A stretch of 64,000 bases of DNA from Bugula neritina (lineage: Eukaryota > Animalia > Bryozoa), in assembly GCA_964035545.1 (NCBI GenBank), contig OZ037767.1:30458628-30522627 (forward strand), in the 5' to 3' direction. The notes below the pieces were generated by a model, which was not told the DNA's origin, made no database searches, and saw only the letters and a program-made list of their open reading frames with translations. Numbering within the stretch: the first letter of the stretch is position 1; every line of letters begins with the position of its first letter. Made by a program: the position numbers and the translations under genes. This document shows positions 40,540-54,500 of this stretch, piece after piece.

Positions 40540-43500
40540 ATAGAGCATACTGATAGTGATCCTTACACTCATACTGATACTCATAGTGATAGAGCATCAT
40601 ACTGATAGTGATAATCATAATAAAATTTTATCAGATAATGATAATCATTATGATTAGCATAATCGTATTGTGGCATTGATAATCATACTCATACTCATAG
40701 TAAATGTAATACATTTGAACTCATAGTAAAAGCCATAAACTAAAGCTGTGACTTTTTAATCTTAGATCAGTGCTACATTTACAGTTTGTGTTACAGTGAG
40801 ACTGAGTGATTCAATCATTCATTAGCTTATGATTATAGTGCATCATAACCATACCATCATAGTAATAAATCGTCATAATCACTCGAATCATACTGATACT
40901 CATAGTCATAGTGATAGTAAGTCATGGTGATAGTGTGATCTTTATCTTAACAGTAACTGTAACTGTAAGCGTAACAGTAACGCCAACTTTACAAATAAAA
41001 CGAATAACTACATTTACTAAGTCTAATAGTAATAGTAAGATTATCATTATGAGTAAGACCAAGTGAAAGTCAAAGTGCAACACACACAAAATGAAAATGA
41101 AAAACACTTTCACAATGACAATCACTATCAGTATGATTATGACTGTGTGAGCGTCACTATTACTATTAGTATTAGTATTACTATTAGTATTACTATTACT
41201 ATTATAATTATTATCACTAGGATAATATTAATAATAATTCATATTCATATTGATAATCATAATGTTAATCTTAATGAGACATGAGTCTCACAGTGAATGT
41301 CAATGTGATGAGTGATGACTGATAGTGATGAGTATCAGTATGACTATCAACTATCATCTAGTGATCTATGAGCACCATGATCAATATGAGTATATCAATA
41401 TCAGTTTGAGACTGAGTATCACTCTCACTTTAAGTTTGACTTTAACTTTCAGTGCAACGCCTTTAGACTTACAGTTACTGTTAGTAAGGTCAATGTGAAT
41501 AATATTAGGATCAGGATGGGGAGAAACATCCTCGTCAAGCTCTCAGTTGACAAGCATAGAGAAATAATGCTCTTTGATTGGCTAAATGATTGAGAAGAAA
41601 AAAAGGGCCTATACTTTATTGTGCTACAATTGTTATTAGCCTGTGTGCATTCTATTTAGGTTTACTTGTCTACGCACTAGGTTTCTTTATCAATAATTGG
41701 AATAATTATAATAAGTTTATTAGCCGATTTCAATCTTCCAAGTCATGTGTCGAATGAAATTCAATGCGGTTGCTACACTCACACTGTCCTGAAGTTCCAA
41801 TTTGTAGATGACCATGCTGTAGCAACTGTAAGTAGACGTAGTGCATTACTTTACCCTGGCTTCGAATTTTAATCAATTTCAAATTTTATTTATATTATTA
41901 TAATACCAATTGCTTTAAGTTTATTGTAATCATTATACTAAAATATAATTATTATTCATTTATTGAATAATAATATTATTAATATTACTATTAGACTTAT
42001 ATTTATAACTTAATCTTACTTATAGTTATACTAATAGTTACTAGTAATACTTATAGTTATACTTATTAAGTTATACATTTATGATTTATGATTTAATTTT
42101 ATAGACATAGTTATACTTATAGTTATACTAATAGTTATAGTAATAGTAATACTGATACTCATATTGATATTGATATAGTAAATAGTAACATTTATAATTA
42201 TTCAACTTACATGTAATGGTACATGTTGAAGTTTATTCTATTCATTTTCACTCTTTAAAGGCGGTAAGCTTCCAGGTTATTTATTACATTTGAGCAAAAG
42301 TTTGCATGCTTTTTAACTGTTTTATCAGCATTTTATTCAATTTCTTATACGAAAACACTACAAAAATGTAAGTAAAAGTGGTCATATTAGGTGTCTTGGA
42401 CTTGCCCAGACTTGCCCGCGAGCGTGCCCTCCGTGTCCTATTCTGACGTGGGGATGGCAAAATAGCCCTATTGTAGCGTGAGTTTATATCGCGTAAAGTT
42501 ATTAAGAAGCGGGTTTGTCACAGATTCTCGTTATTCGTAGTTCAAATCACATGAATGTTACTCTTCGGGCGGCTACTAATAACTAACGTTAGCTACGCAA
42601 CATCAAGAAAGATAACTAATTTGACTGTTTTCAAATGGACTATTCCATTTCGCTAGTTTGTAACTTGCTGTAAATCACAAAATAATTATTTTCCCTATTT
42701 TAATTTCAATTATCATGTCGACCACACTACCAGAAAATTACTCTTAAATATGCAGTAAATGATGATTTTCAACCGTTTTGTGATGAATTATAGGTTAGTA
42801 GTTGTCTACGTAAAACCAAGTTTTGAAATTTGTAACTGAATCAGTGAAACTGAATCACAGTATCAGTATGACTATGACTATGAGTATCACTAGTCTATGT
42901 CTATGACTCTCACTCTAACTCTAAGTCTATGACTATCGCCTATTGGTGAACTATTATTAATAATATTCAATGGTTATATTTATTAATACTATTATCAGTC
43001 ATAATGATAATCATATGACAGTATCAGTATGTTAATGATTCACTTAATGTTACGGAGCAGAATCAGTTTCGAAACTAATACTTATAATATTAGTTATAAC
43101 TATAAGTATAAGTTATACCAATAGCTATATTTATATTAATATAAATATTTATATTCATAGTAATACTAATAACAAATGTAAAATTATTATGTTAATAGTT
43201 ATACTAGTAAGTTATAATATAAAACAAACGACACAAGTATTAATTTGAAGTGCTGGTCTTAAAATAAAAAGTAAAATAAATAATAATAAAATATAAATTA
43301 TAATAATTTAATTATACTAATACTAATAGCAATACTTATACAGTAATATAATTATAATAAATTTATAAAACTTAAACAACTTTAAATTTAAGGAACAACT
43401 TTAAATACAAACAAAGATAATATTAAATAATTATAATCATAATGATCATAACAATAAATATAATTATGATTCCAATAATTATCAATATATTATATAATAT

Positions 43501-43600
43501 TTAAATTATTTTAATTTATAATTATAATCATAAATTTTATAGTTATAGTGAATAAATTCAATTTGACATAACTATAATATTATAAAGCAGTCAGCCTATC
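40540..43600. repeat. Degenerate tri/hexanucleotide low-complexity tracts (ATACTC/ATAGTG/AAT/ACT) interrupted by a CpG-containing island at ~42255-42800
   Basis: Visible periodicity; it explains Ile/Thr-rich spurious ORFs. Similar tracts lie at 46370-46850 and 47530-47780. Confidence 0.8.
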
Positions 43601-45025
43601 TCTAATGCTGATTGAAATTCAGATTGTTATGACTGTATCATTATTCACTAACTCTAAGAGTAAGTGGCTACAATTATTAGTATCAATGTTGTGTTAGAGT
43701 ACTATACCCATTGGAATTTTGATATATCCATTACATTTACAACTCTGCCTGTTACAGCTATTAATAATTGAACCAAAATACCAACAGTGCCTAATCATCG
43801 CCTTATTTATAAAATAATCACAATCATAATGCTCAAGTTAATAGATTGGAAATTATTGAAAATTATGTTGATGCCAATATAAATATGACATTGTATGCAT
43901 CCAAGTAGTGATGTTGTAATATATCTTGGAAGATAATTACATTATAATAAGAGTTAAATTCCTCTAAGTAACTTTTTTGCAATTATTCCTTAGAATAACT
44001 ATAACTTATACTCCTAACATTTAATAGCGCATTAGTTTTAGATTGAGCTACTAATTGTATTTATTGCATGTGAAAGTTAGTTATTCTCCGCCAGCTGCAT
44101 GAATGTGACTGGTAAATTTTGTAACCTTTGGCAGTAATAACTTTGTAGCATAAATTAGACACATTTTTATGAAAATACATAATTTTAATGCTATAGCTGC
44201 TAGTAATTCTAATAGGTGTAATAATATTACTTTCACCAGCATTAATTTTTACTTTGTTCATGCTTCATAAAGCATTTTCTAAATTCTTTTTTTAATAAAT
44301 ATACATATAATGTGCTGAATAGATTACATATGTTGGGGTTCTTCCTATACTGCAGCTCAGCCTACACTCCCCGCCACAAATATTTCTAAACTACTAGCTT
44401 CATCAGGATACAGATTGATGGAGCTGTATTGATAAAAGCTTCTCTTTTTAGCAGTAGAGGCATCATGAAAAAAAAGGCAAGTATTTTACTCAATAAGAAT
44501 TTGGTTTTTTACTCTACAAATTTGATAGCCTACACGATTCTATTTAAATGGAAACTGGTCTGACATAATGTGTCTGCAATTTATTAGTTATAATATAGTA
44601 AATACTATGCAGGCCTATAGATCAAATGGCTCAAAAAAAATTAAATAAAACATTACACAATGCTGTATTTATTAGCAATGTAATACTTAGCAACTAATTT
44701 CACATTATTATTGTTTGCAAAGTTTCATACATCTACATATGTTTGTTCAATTCAGTGTTCTGAAGTAGAAGGTTCCAACAGCAGGGAAAAGCCTTGAACA
44801 AGATATTATGTTCTACATCTCCAACTCATTTTAACTTTGCTGGTCAGTTCATTGTGTATCTGGAGCATAGTTTTGTATTTTCAAGTAGTCCATCAGATAC
44901 CTTTGTAGATAGTAAAGATTAAAATGCTTGTGCAATGATGTCCATAATGTTGAACCGATTTATTGAAACTAAAACTGTTCTTAATTATAACAAAACTTGA
45001 CAATCTTTACATAAAGAATAATGTC

Positions 45026-45654
45026 CTATAATCTATCTTCATTGTAAACAAAATTAGAAAGTTCCACACCAGCAAATTGTTTATCATCATCTGTAGGTGG
45101 AAGACGCGTGCACTCAGTTATAAAGGCAAGCTGACAGTGGTTTTCTTTGCCTTCTATGAAGATTTGGAAAGAGCCAGAAAATTAATACTCTATAACTGCA
45201 AAACCATGTTGTAGTGTCTTGTGTTATTGATTGAATCATCTAAAAGAAAAATTGTTGTATCATTATAATTTTACTGTTAATGAATTAGCAAATCTACTTA
45301 TCTTGGTAAATATATTCAAGAACAAATACTATAGTGTAACTCAGTTTTGGTTATGTGTATGCTCCTTAAGCAAATTTACAGCAGATATCAAACTATATAT
45401 TAGAGACTGATATAGGAATTAAATTTAAGCTAACCATGATGCTGTAAATAGCTGTTGTATGTGACTTCGAGAACTCTGCTGGCCATGTCAGTTCAAATAC
45501 ACCAGGGTGATCTGTTACGAATTTCATGTCATTATTGAAATTCAGCTTTTTCAAGTGCCTCTTCACAACTCTGGCAGCATTCTGACTGCTCCTTAGCTTT
45601 CTGCACCTGAAATTCCTTCTACTTGCACCATTCTTCTATTGGTGGAATGTTAGC
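45026..45654 (-). pseudogene. Decayed P2X7-C-terminal (ballast)-like / Kolobok KolX-like gene
   Basis: Two exons (45435-45654, 45026-45239) read, with stops and frameshifts, ANIPPIEEWCK*KEFQVQKAKEQSECCQSCEEALEKL...FVTDHPGV..., then ASRVLEVTYNSYLQHHG and WFCSYRVLIFWLFPNLHRRQRKPLSACLYN*V...PPTDDDKQFAGVE. This follows the family pattern WCxC..C..ECC..CxTxHPG..VLE.AY..YR..W..L.R..R.PLPAC..FP..F.G. Confidence 0.7.
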
Positions 45655-48512
45655 CTATAACAAACAGGTGTACCAAAGCTAAAAAAATATCTAATTCACT
45701 GCACTAGGATATTATTCAACTCATTTAAATTTAATATATAGCAGTAAAACAATCACATAATTGTTTTTATTTTATCAGCTTTACTTTACAAAGCTGAACC
45801 ATATAATTTAGTAACTTGTCACCATAATAAACTTTATACAACATACAAATTGAAAACCTGATGTGATTGTTTTTTTAATAGAATATACATCAAAAACATG
45901 TTACTTTGATAAGCGTGTTTATAATAAAAGTATTAAACCAGTTTAAAAAAATTATTTTGTTATATAAGGGATCACAAAACTACATCATTTTAGACCTGTA
46001 GCTCAATGTTCCTCAAGCAACGGGCTGCTATGACTAATTAATTTTCTATCATTGCATTTGATTGTTCTACTCATAGTGTATTGGGGAGTTAAAATTATTG
46101 GTAATTTAATGTATATTTTAGCTACCTCTGTACAATCAATGTCATAGTAATATCAATTAGGTTTTAAATTTCACTGAGTTTATAGTAAATTACTGCAACC
46201 GTTACATAACATTTGGCTAGTTCTCTAGTTCATTAAATAACCATACGAACTTAAATTTACAACATGACAAAACACACAAAGCAAAATTAAAATAAGCATA
46301 TTAATATTATGAACCAATGTAAATGATAAGCGATAATGCTGTTATATAGCATAAATTATCAAATTGAAATAGTTATTATTACTATTAGTATTACTATCAT
46401 TATAACAACTATAACTATTATTAGTATTACTATTACTATTAGTATTAGCAAATTAGTAGTAAAAAATGAGTAGAGTTCAACATATACAATCTAGCTTACT
46501 ATAAAAGTAGAAGTAGAACTTTTAAAACTATCATCTGCATCATTATCAGAACTATGAGTAATACTAGTAGTTGTACTAATAGTAATACTAATTATTAATA
46601 CTAATAGTATCACTATGAGTATGAGACTTGGGCTGGCAGTGATTATCACTATCAGTATCAGCATCGTCATAGTCAAAAGTTACAAGAATTAGAAGCCATA
46701 TTCATATTCATAGTAATAGTCAATCACTGATTGAGTTAATGTCATAGTGATACTCATACTCATAATTAATTTATACGATACTCATACTCATAGTGATAGT
46801 GATACTTCACCGTGAATTTAATAATAATTTTAATTTAATATTATTATTATCATTGTTGCTAATATTATGTCTTACTCTTAGTCTAACAGCAGCTCTATGA
46901 AGAAGTTAAACATAACTGATAACAAAACAAATTTAAAAAATAATACTGCAACAATCAATATAATGTATATCAATATGCTAGCAACCTAATTTTCAGCTCA
47001 CTTCATTAACTTTCCGTGCAGTATTGTGAATTGTGATGAAATAAATTTATTAATGGTGACCTTGACATCTTCGTCCAAATGCCTTTCACGTCAAGCCCCG
47101 AACCAATTTGTAAAAATTTTGGATTTTTTACTTTTGATTATTTTTTACGAAAAGAGCTTCAAAATAAATTTAAAAAAAAGTGAGCTGTTGTCCACATGAA
47201 AAGAAATATATGAGCTAATTTTCTAAATTCAGGAAGTTACCAGAGGGTCACAATATTTTTTTAAAAAATCTTTATTTTCACGACAAGCTCTATATATTAA
47301 TATAGAAAAAAAGAAGACAACTCTTTTTTCAGATTTTTCATGTGCCACGGTCACGTCAATATCAGTGCTATTAACACATATATTTTAATTCATTTTTTCT
47401 GGTATATTGAGTTGAGATTTTTTGTATATATTTTGTGAATGCAACTAAAAAAGTATGATCTTTTAATTAACAGTAATTGATTTTATCAAAATAACCTGGA
47501 TGCTTACGATGTTTAAGAGTTTAGCAATAACATCAAGTTTAACTTATACTGTTATAGTTATACAGTTAATCATAATGAGTTATACTTATAGTTATAGTTT
47601 AAGTTAACCCCATAGTTATAGTTATACTCATACTATGGGTCATACTGTTATACTATAACACTAACAGTGTTATAGTAATACTTAGTAATACTAATTACTA
47701 TTAGTATTAAACTTAGTAAGTAATATTACCATTATAAATAATCATTATTATTATAATCATCATTATCATTATGAGTTATGACCATTGATGCGCATCATGA
47801 ATTTAAACGTTGCCATTTTTATTTTAAAGTAACTGTTACTTCAAGTTGTACTCCATTTCATAGTAATAGTCATTGCTAATCTCAATGTGAATGTGATAAT
47901 GAGCAAATGAAGGCAAATTTAAGTGTGACTCATGAGTCATGACTACTACTTTAAGTTTATCAGACTGAATAATGTCCAACTCCATGCTACCATGCTGAAC
48001 ACCGCATACTTATAGTTAATGATATTACTTGGCTTCAAGCTCATGTAGTTCCACCCTCAGTCGATAAAAGTGTATGAATTTCAGTCTGACTTGAACATGA
48101 TTACCAATACATTTGAAGTAATCGAAATTAGAACTGTGTTGATTACATTACATTAGTATTTTTATTTCATAAAAATATATAGCTTGAATAATAATACTAA
48201 CATTATGATTATTATAACTATGATAACGAAAATGATTGAGAATATTAATAAAACTAATATTTTGATTTACCCTTTGCCTGTATGTTACTGTCAACACAGC
48301 CTTCTAACTATGACTCATCTTGTATGATTAAATCACCCCTAATAAGTACAGTATGCTAATTATATAAAAAACTGCTATAATAATTAAAAGTTGATTTATC
48401 CTGCCCTTTTTCTACATAACTTCCACAGTATGACTAAATAATTCATTGGGATATTTAGTGGGTTAGAGTGATGAAGGGCACCTGAGCAGACTATTCACAT
48501 ATGCTATGAGTA

Positions 48513-51500
48513 ATGAGTAGTGTTACGGACCTCACCTGGGACCACTCAGCTGGGGAGAACTTGCAGACCTATGACAATCTAAGTGAAGACAGCATTACAT
48601 TCCCTACTGGGTATGCAACACATACTTGCTACGTGACTTGGTGGTTCAGCTATTTGAAAATTTGTTGCAAATTAAATTTCAACTGTTTTTTTAAATGAAA
48701 CTATTGAAAAAATATTATTTTATGGTTATTCATTTCAAAGTCTTTAAATGCTTCAAATTATTTCCATATGTGGAGCTGATTCAGTTAGTAATTTTTTTCA
48801 GGCATTTGTAATAAATTAATACTAGATATTATATGACCTGTTTTTCGTGTCAGTTTGTTATACAACTTGTTGTACGTGTCAGTTTGTATGACAATTTAAT
48901 CTCCTGTTTTGTCAGGCCTCTACTAAATGAATCAGTAGCAGACGACGATGATGTCATAAAGATCTCTCGCCGCCATCTTGCCTTCATCCTGCGCAGTCTG
49001 GATGAAGCCACCAACTTGCTAAGAGATCAAAAGAGCGTTCAAGATGCAGCGCGGCATCGTCATGTAATTATCTTGGTGATATTCACTGCTGTAGAATAAA
49101 CTCGGCATGTTGTTATTCATAAGCCATCTCTTAGTCAACCTCAGTTGGATGTAAACTTGTTTCAATATTTACTTTCATAGTTCCAAATATATTGTGTGTT
49201 GATTCACGTTTTTAATCAAATGAGAAACATTTGGCAAGTTTCCCAAAGGATCAAAGTTCACTTATATTCAACTGTTTACAGTTATTGTTGATGATTCCCC
49301 TTACTGTCTAATAGACTAGCAGTGCTTATGTATATCTTGCTGTCTAATGGACTGACTTACAGATATCTTGCTGTCTAATAGACTGACTTACAGATATCTT
49401 GCTGTCTTGTAGTCTCCCTACTCATCTCAGGACTCGACAGCAAAGCCATGCCAGCAATTGTGTTCCAAATTCATATCCTTTGTCTCTCGATTCAACCTAT
49501 TTATTTCTATACTCTTGCAGGTACGTTAGCACCATGCTATATTTAGTTCCATGCTATATTTAGCACCATGTTATGTTTAACTACCAGGTTCATAAGAAAT
49601 TTTTTTTTAAATGATTTAATTTGTTTCTTATGTTTTTTGAAGAGAAAGTTCAGTTGTGTGCTTTAGACTGCACCTAAATGTTATACATGATGAAATGTCA
49701 GTATAAAGTATTTTTGTAAAAGTCACAAGTTTGTATTTATTGTATTGTTTTGTCCTTTCTCATCAATCTAATTACACAGTCTTTAAAAACATATTATTTA
49801 ACAGTATAATTAGCAGTGACCAACTCTGATAGTGACAGTATGTGTGTTGTTAGCCCCACCCAGTGACCAACTCTACATGTGTCTTGTTACAGTATGTGTG
49901 TTGTTACAGTATGTGTGTTGTTACAGGCTCTGATGCTCATCTTTGTTACTATTATTGACTCTACAGTGGCGGATACGCATAAGAATGGCACCAGAACTGG
50001 TCCCACTAAAGATGTGTGGTCTGTGAGTATCTTTATAATCTACTATATACTGTATAGCTGTGTATTATTGTGATATATATACTCTAATATACTGTATAGT
50101 TGCATATTACTGTGATATATACTCTAATATACTGTATAGCTGTGTGTCGTTTTGATATGCATATTAATTCTTATCTTGCTATGGCTTGTGTTGGGGGGAC
50201 CAACTGTTTTGCAGTTTGTGGGACATTATGTAACGCACAATGCATATCATTGTGGCTGTTGTGATAAGCTATTAGATAATATGATATATCAGACAGTACA
50301 TAGTATATCAGACAATATATTGTATATCAGACAGTATTGTATATCAGACAGTACATAGTATATCAGACAATATATAGTATATCAGATAATATATAATCTA
50401 TTAGATAAGATTGTCTGTTTTCTATTTGTTGTCACTCAGAAACTATCACTCCGTATTTGTTAATGTTTAGCAGCAGATTCTGTTTTATTTTATAACAAAC
50501 AACCCTGAGAACTGTATACCAGCTGCAATTCTTTAGTAATTCATAACATGAATTGTTCTTGTTTGGACTGTATGTCCTGCAGATGTCATGATTTGTATTA
50601 GTCCGGGTATTCCCCTCGCAGGTAGGGTTGCCTGCTCACTAGTCACTTCAGAATAGTCTAACTTGTGGACTCTTACTATATACTACTTGTATTCTCTGCC
50701 TTTAGCCAGCCATTATAATGGTAACAGCTATATAGACGGCGATTGCATTTGAAAATATTAATCCCCCTTCGATCTTGAAAATAATTAGTACCTCTTGAAT
50801 TTGTAATAATTCACAACTCAATTGTGATTGTTAGTAAAGATTTATTAAAGTGTTTATTAAGATTTCTATATTTTACATGCTAGGTGAACGCTCACTCATT
50901 TATTCATATAAATTATTATCGGGTAAATTTACAATCACGTACAAATGGTTATGGGCGACTACTAATAACTTTCTCACCACTGTAACCAGAAGGGTCCCCT
51001 GTGATTACATGATTCTCTTTCTAATCTATTTTCACTTTAATTTAATATCGCATGTTGATTTTATAGTGTCATAGGATGTCTTTAAATCTCTACAGTTTAT
51101 TTGCTGGGAATTCACCGTCCCGTTTCTCTCCAGCGTGTTTTTAGTTACTTAAGCCAACAGCCAAACTGATCGGTTTTCTTTCTGTCACCATTTTGGTGAC
51201 GAGTTACACAGAATTTAGGAATTTCTAATTATGTGAACCTTTGGGATTTTCTTTTTGATTTGTGTAACCAGAGTGGAGACGGGGTTGCAGTTGGGGAGGT
51301 ATAATAGATATATCGTAAGATATTGTTATGTCTTGACTCATCACATTTCAGTGTGCAAGACATTACTTGTTTGCGTTATGCCCCCATACTTGTGAAAATA
51401 TTTCCCTACACCCCTTTTACTTAAGAAAACTTAAGTTGAAGTTGTTCTGCATACAATGAGTCATCTCTCCTTCTATTTGGGGGTTACTATATCAGGACCC

Positions 51501-54500
51501 ATCTATCTTTCTTTTCTTCGCATTCTGGTTTTTCAATTCGAAACTTAAATCAATTTTACTCAGTTGTGTGAAAAGAACTTCGATGTTAGTATTAAAATAT
51601 TTATCAACTATTTTATTTTTTAATTTGTATTATATTATTTATTATATCATAAAATTTGTAAATTATGTTGTAGACATATTTTGTGATGCTGTTTCTGACT
51701 ACACTCAATCTGTTTCTTGTCATCTACATATCAGGTAGGTTATGAAGTGGCTAGTAGAAGTAGTTAGATTCTACTTGACATTATGCATAGTGTTTGTATA
51801 GTGTGTCTAAGTGCTGTCTAAGTAAGTGTCTATACAATGGCGTGTAGGTAATATGTGTGTGTAATATATTTACATTGCATATAATTCCCATAGCTCGTGT
51901 GTAGGTGTGTATGGATTTAGCCTACTGTGTGTATACATTATGATTTTCCATACTTAGAATTGCAGGATTGTATGTTTTACTACACAAAACACAAGTCATT
52001 ATTTGTATTTATAGATTTACAGAGATAACCTGCTTATAAGCTACATAGTTTGGTTTATCATGGTTTCTCTATCGTTACTCTTGATATTTTAGCTTTAGTT
52101 CTATGTACGGTATTTAAACTCACTCTAAGACATACCATTCATGAGTTTATGTTTGCTATATAAATTGTGTGTAAGCTGTATGTAGTATGCGCGTAAAGAA
52201 ACATTTGGAGTTATCTACTCATTTGTTGTTGCAGTGCAATTAACTAAAAATATGCTCCAAAGCCAGGCGAGTGCACTAATGCTGGCCCAAGCTTACCTCT
52301 CCACTGTCATTATGTTTGCTGGTATCTACGTGATAACCTACAGGATAGATGTAAGTATAATAGTGTACAGGATATATGTAAGTATAACCATGTACATGAT
52401 AGGTGTAAGTATAACCATGTACAGGATAGATGTAAGTATAATTATGTACATGATAGATGTAAGTATAATTATGTACATGATAGGTGTAAGTATAACCATG
52501 TACATGATAGATGTAAGTATAACCATGTACATGATAGGTGTAAGTATAACCATGTACAGGATAGATGTAAGTATAACCATGTACAGGATATATGTAAGTA
52601 TAACCATGTACATGATAGATGTAAGTATAACCATGTACATGATAGGTGTAAGTATAACCATGTACAGGATAGATGTAAGTATAATTATGTACATGATAGA
52701 TGTAAGTATAATTATGTACATGATAGGTGTAAGTATAACCATGTACAGGATAGATGTAAGTATAACCATGTACATAATATATATGTAAAACAACATACAC
52801 GATAAGTTTAAGCAGAATAATATGCGGGATATATTCCAGATTCTCTCTCTAATAGACGTTTTACTGCTCATTCGTTATCTTTTGAAAATTAAGTTTTTAA
52901 TTTTGTAATCGAAAGACAAAAGCAAATAAGTTTACAGAAAGGGTTTTTAGTAACTGATATTCAACTGGAAATTGAAGGAGCTGTTGTGTTGGTTATACTA
53001 TGGGGGGTTGAATAGTCAGCACTGTCATCTTCTGCTAACCTGCTGACTCATCAGGTTAAGGTGATCAGACAGGCAGCAGTCTAGACAATGTACCCGGTGC
53101 TGCCTGTCTTAGCGCTACCACGCTGCTTTGTCTGTCGTTCTGCTTAGCTCTGCTGTCATAGTAACTGCTGTCTTGCAAGCTGTAACTTGCTTACAGAAAA
53201 AAGGCTGGACTTTGCATACTTTCAATGTGGAAAAAGATAGCGAAGCAATAGCCGTGTCTTATCTGTTTCTAAAGATGTTGTATCACTCTATTTCATCTAG
53301 CACTCTGTGTGGTAGGTATTGTATACTGTGTGGTAGATACTGTATACTGTGTAGTACTTGGTGTGGTGAGTATTGTATAGTGTGTGGTAGGTGTTGTGCA
53401 CTGTGCAGTAGGTACTGTGTACTGTGTGGTACATAGTGTGGTGGGTACTGTATACTGTGTGGTAGATACTGTATAGTGTGTGGTACTTAGTGTGGTGGGT
53501 ATTGTATACTGTGTGGTAGGTGTTGTGTATTTTGTAGTAGGTACTGTATACTGTGTAGTAGGTACTGTATACTGTGTGGTAGGTATTGTGTGCTGTGCGG
53601 TAGGTATTGTAATTTATTGTGCAGTAGGTATTGTATGCACTGCAGTTTGTAGCACTTTCTTTAGTAAGTATTGTAATTTATTCTGAATTTATATCAAGTG
53701 TTCTTTGCTATCCACAGGCTCGTCCACTATTCACCCAGACGTCTGGTATAACTTCATTCTCGTAGCCACTCAGGTTAGTATTCTTCTACACTCACTCACT
53801 CGTGATGTGATGTGATGTCACACAGTAACGTGATGTCACACAGTAACGTGATGTCATACAGTAGCGTGATGTCACACAGTAACGTTATGTCACACAGTAG
53901 CGTGATGTCACACAGTAGAAAGTTCTTCCTTTTAAACTGACTTGCAATTACAAATTTCCAACAAGCCAAACATTTCAGTCTAATGTGCTAAAAGATACAG
54001 CCTTGTTTGACAATTCTATTCACTTTATGCCTGCCCTCTAACCACTAGAGTGTTAGACTCTAGCTGCTCTCTCTTTAATGTGCTGTAACTGCTTGTCATT
54101 ATCATCAGACATTATCAGAGGCTGTTGATGTACCTGAGCTATATGTGTTGTGTTACTGTGTTTCAGATGCTCCTAAGTTTTCTATACTTTACATCAATAC
54201 TCCGGGTGGTCATTAATCCACCCTCAAAAATTGCCAAACCTCTGAAGAACAACAGCAATACTTTGGAACGACATCCGTCAGCGTCTAGTCTTCAAAGTCG
54301 ATATTCCGAGTCAGAGCAGACGCGTCTGATTAATGGTACTTCCTGTCTAGTCACACTACTACCTGGTCACACTACTACCTAGTCACTTTACTACCTAGTC
54401 ACACTACTACCTAGTCACACCATTACCTAGTCACACTACTACCTAGTCACACTACTACCTAGTCACACTACTACCTAGGCACACTACTACCTAGTTACAT

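Noticed and set aside
39109-41284. ORFs of 60-135 aa upstream of TRMT10C
   Set aside because: AT-rich or low-complexity translations without motifs or coherent splice sites.
29448-51417. 13-bp inverted match AAAGGGGTGTAGG (29448-29460 vs 51405-51417) as TIRs of one 22-kb element
   Set aside because: It is short enough to arise by chance or from separate copies of one family. The right side lacks a clean TTAA and falls inside an intron of an intact gene.
52276-52871. Minus-strand His/Tyr-rich and Ile/Met-rich repeat ORFs
   Set aside because: They are alternate frames of the 27-bp minisatellite; nothing indicates a minus-strand gene.
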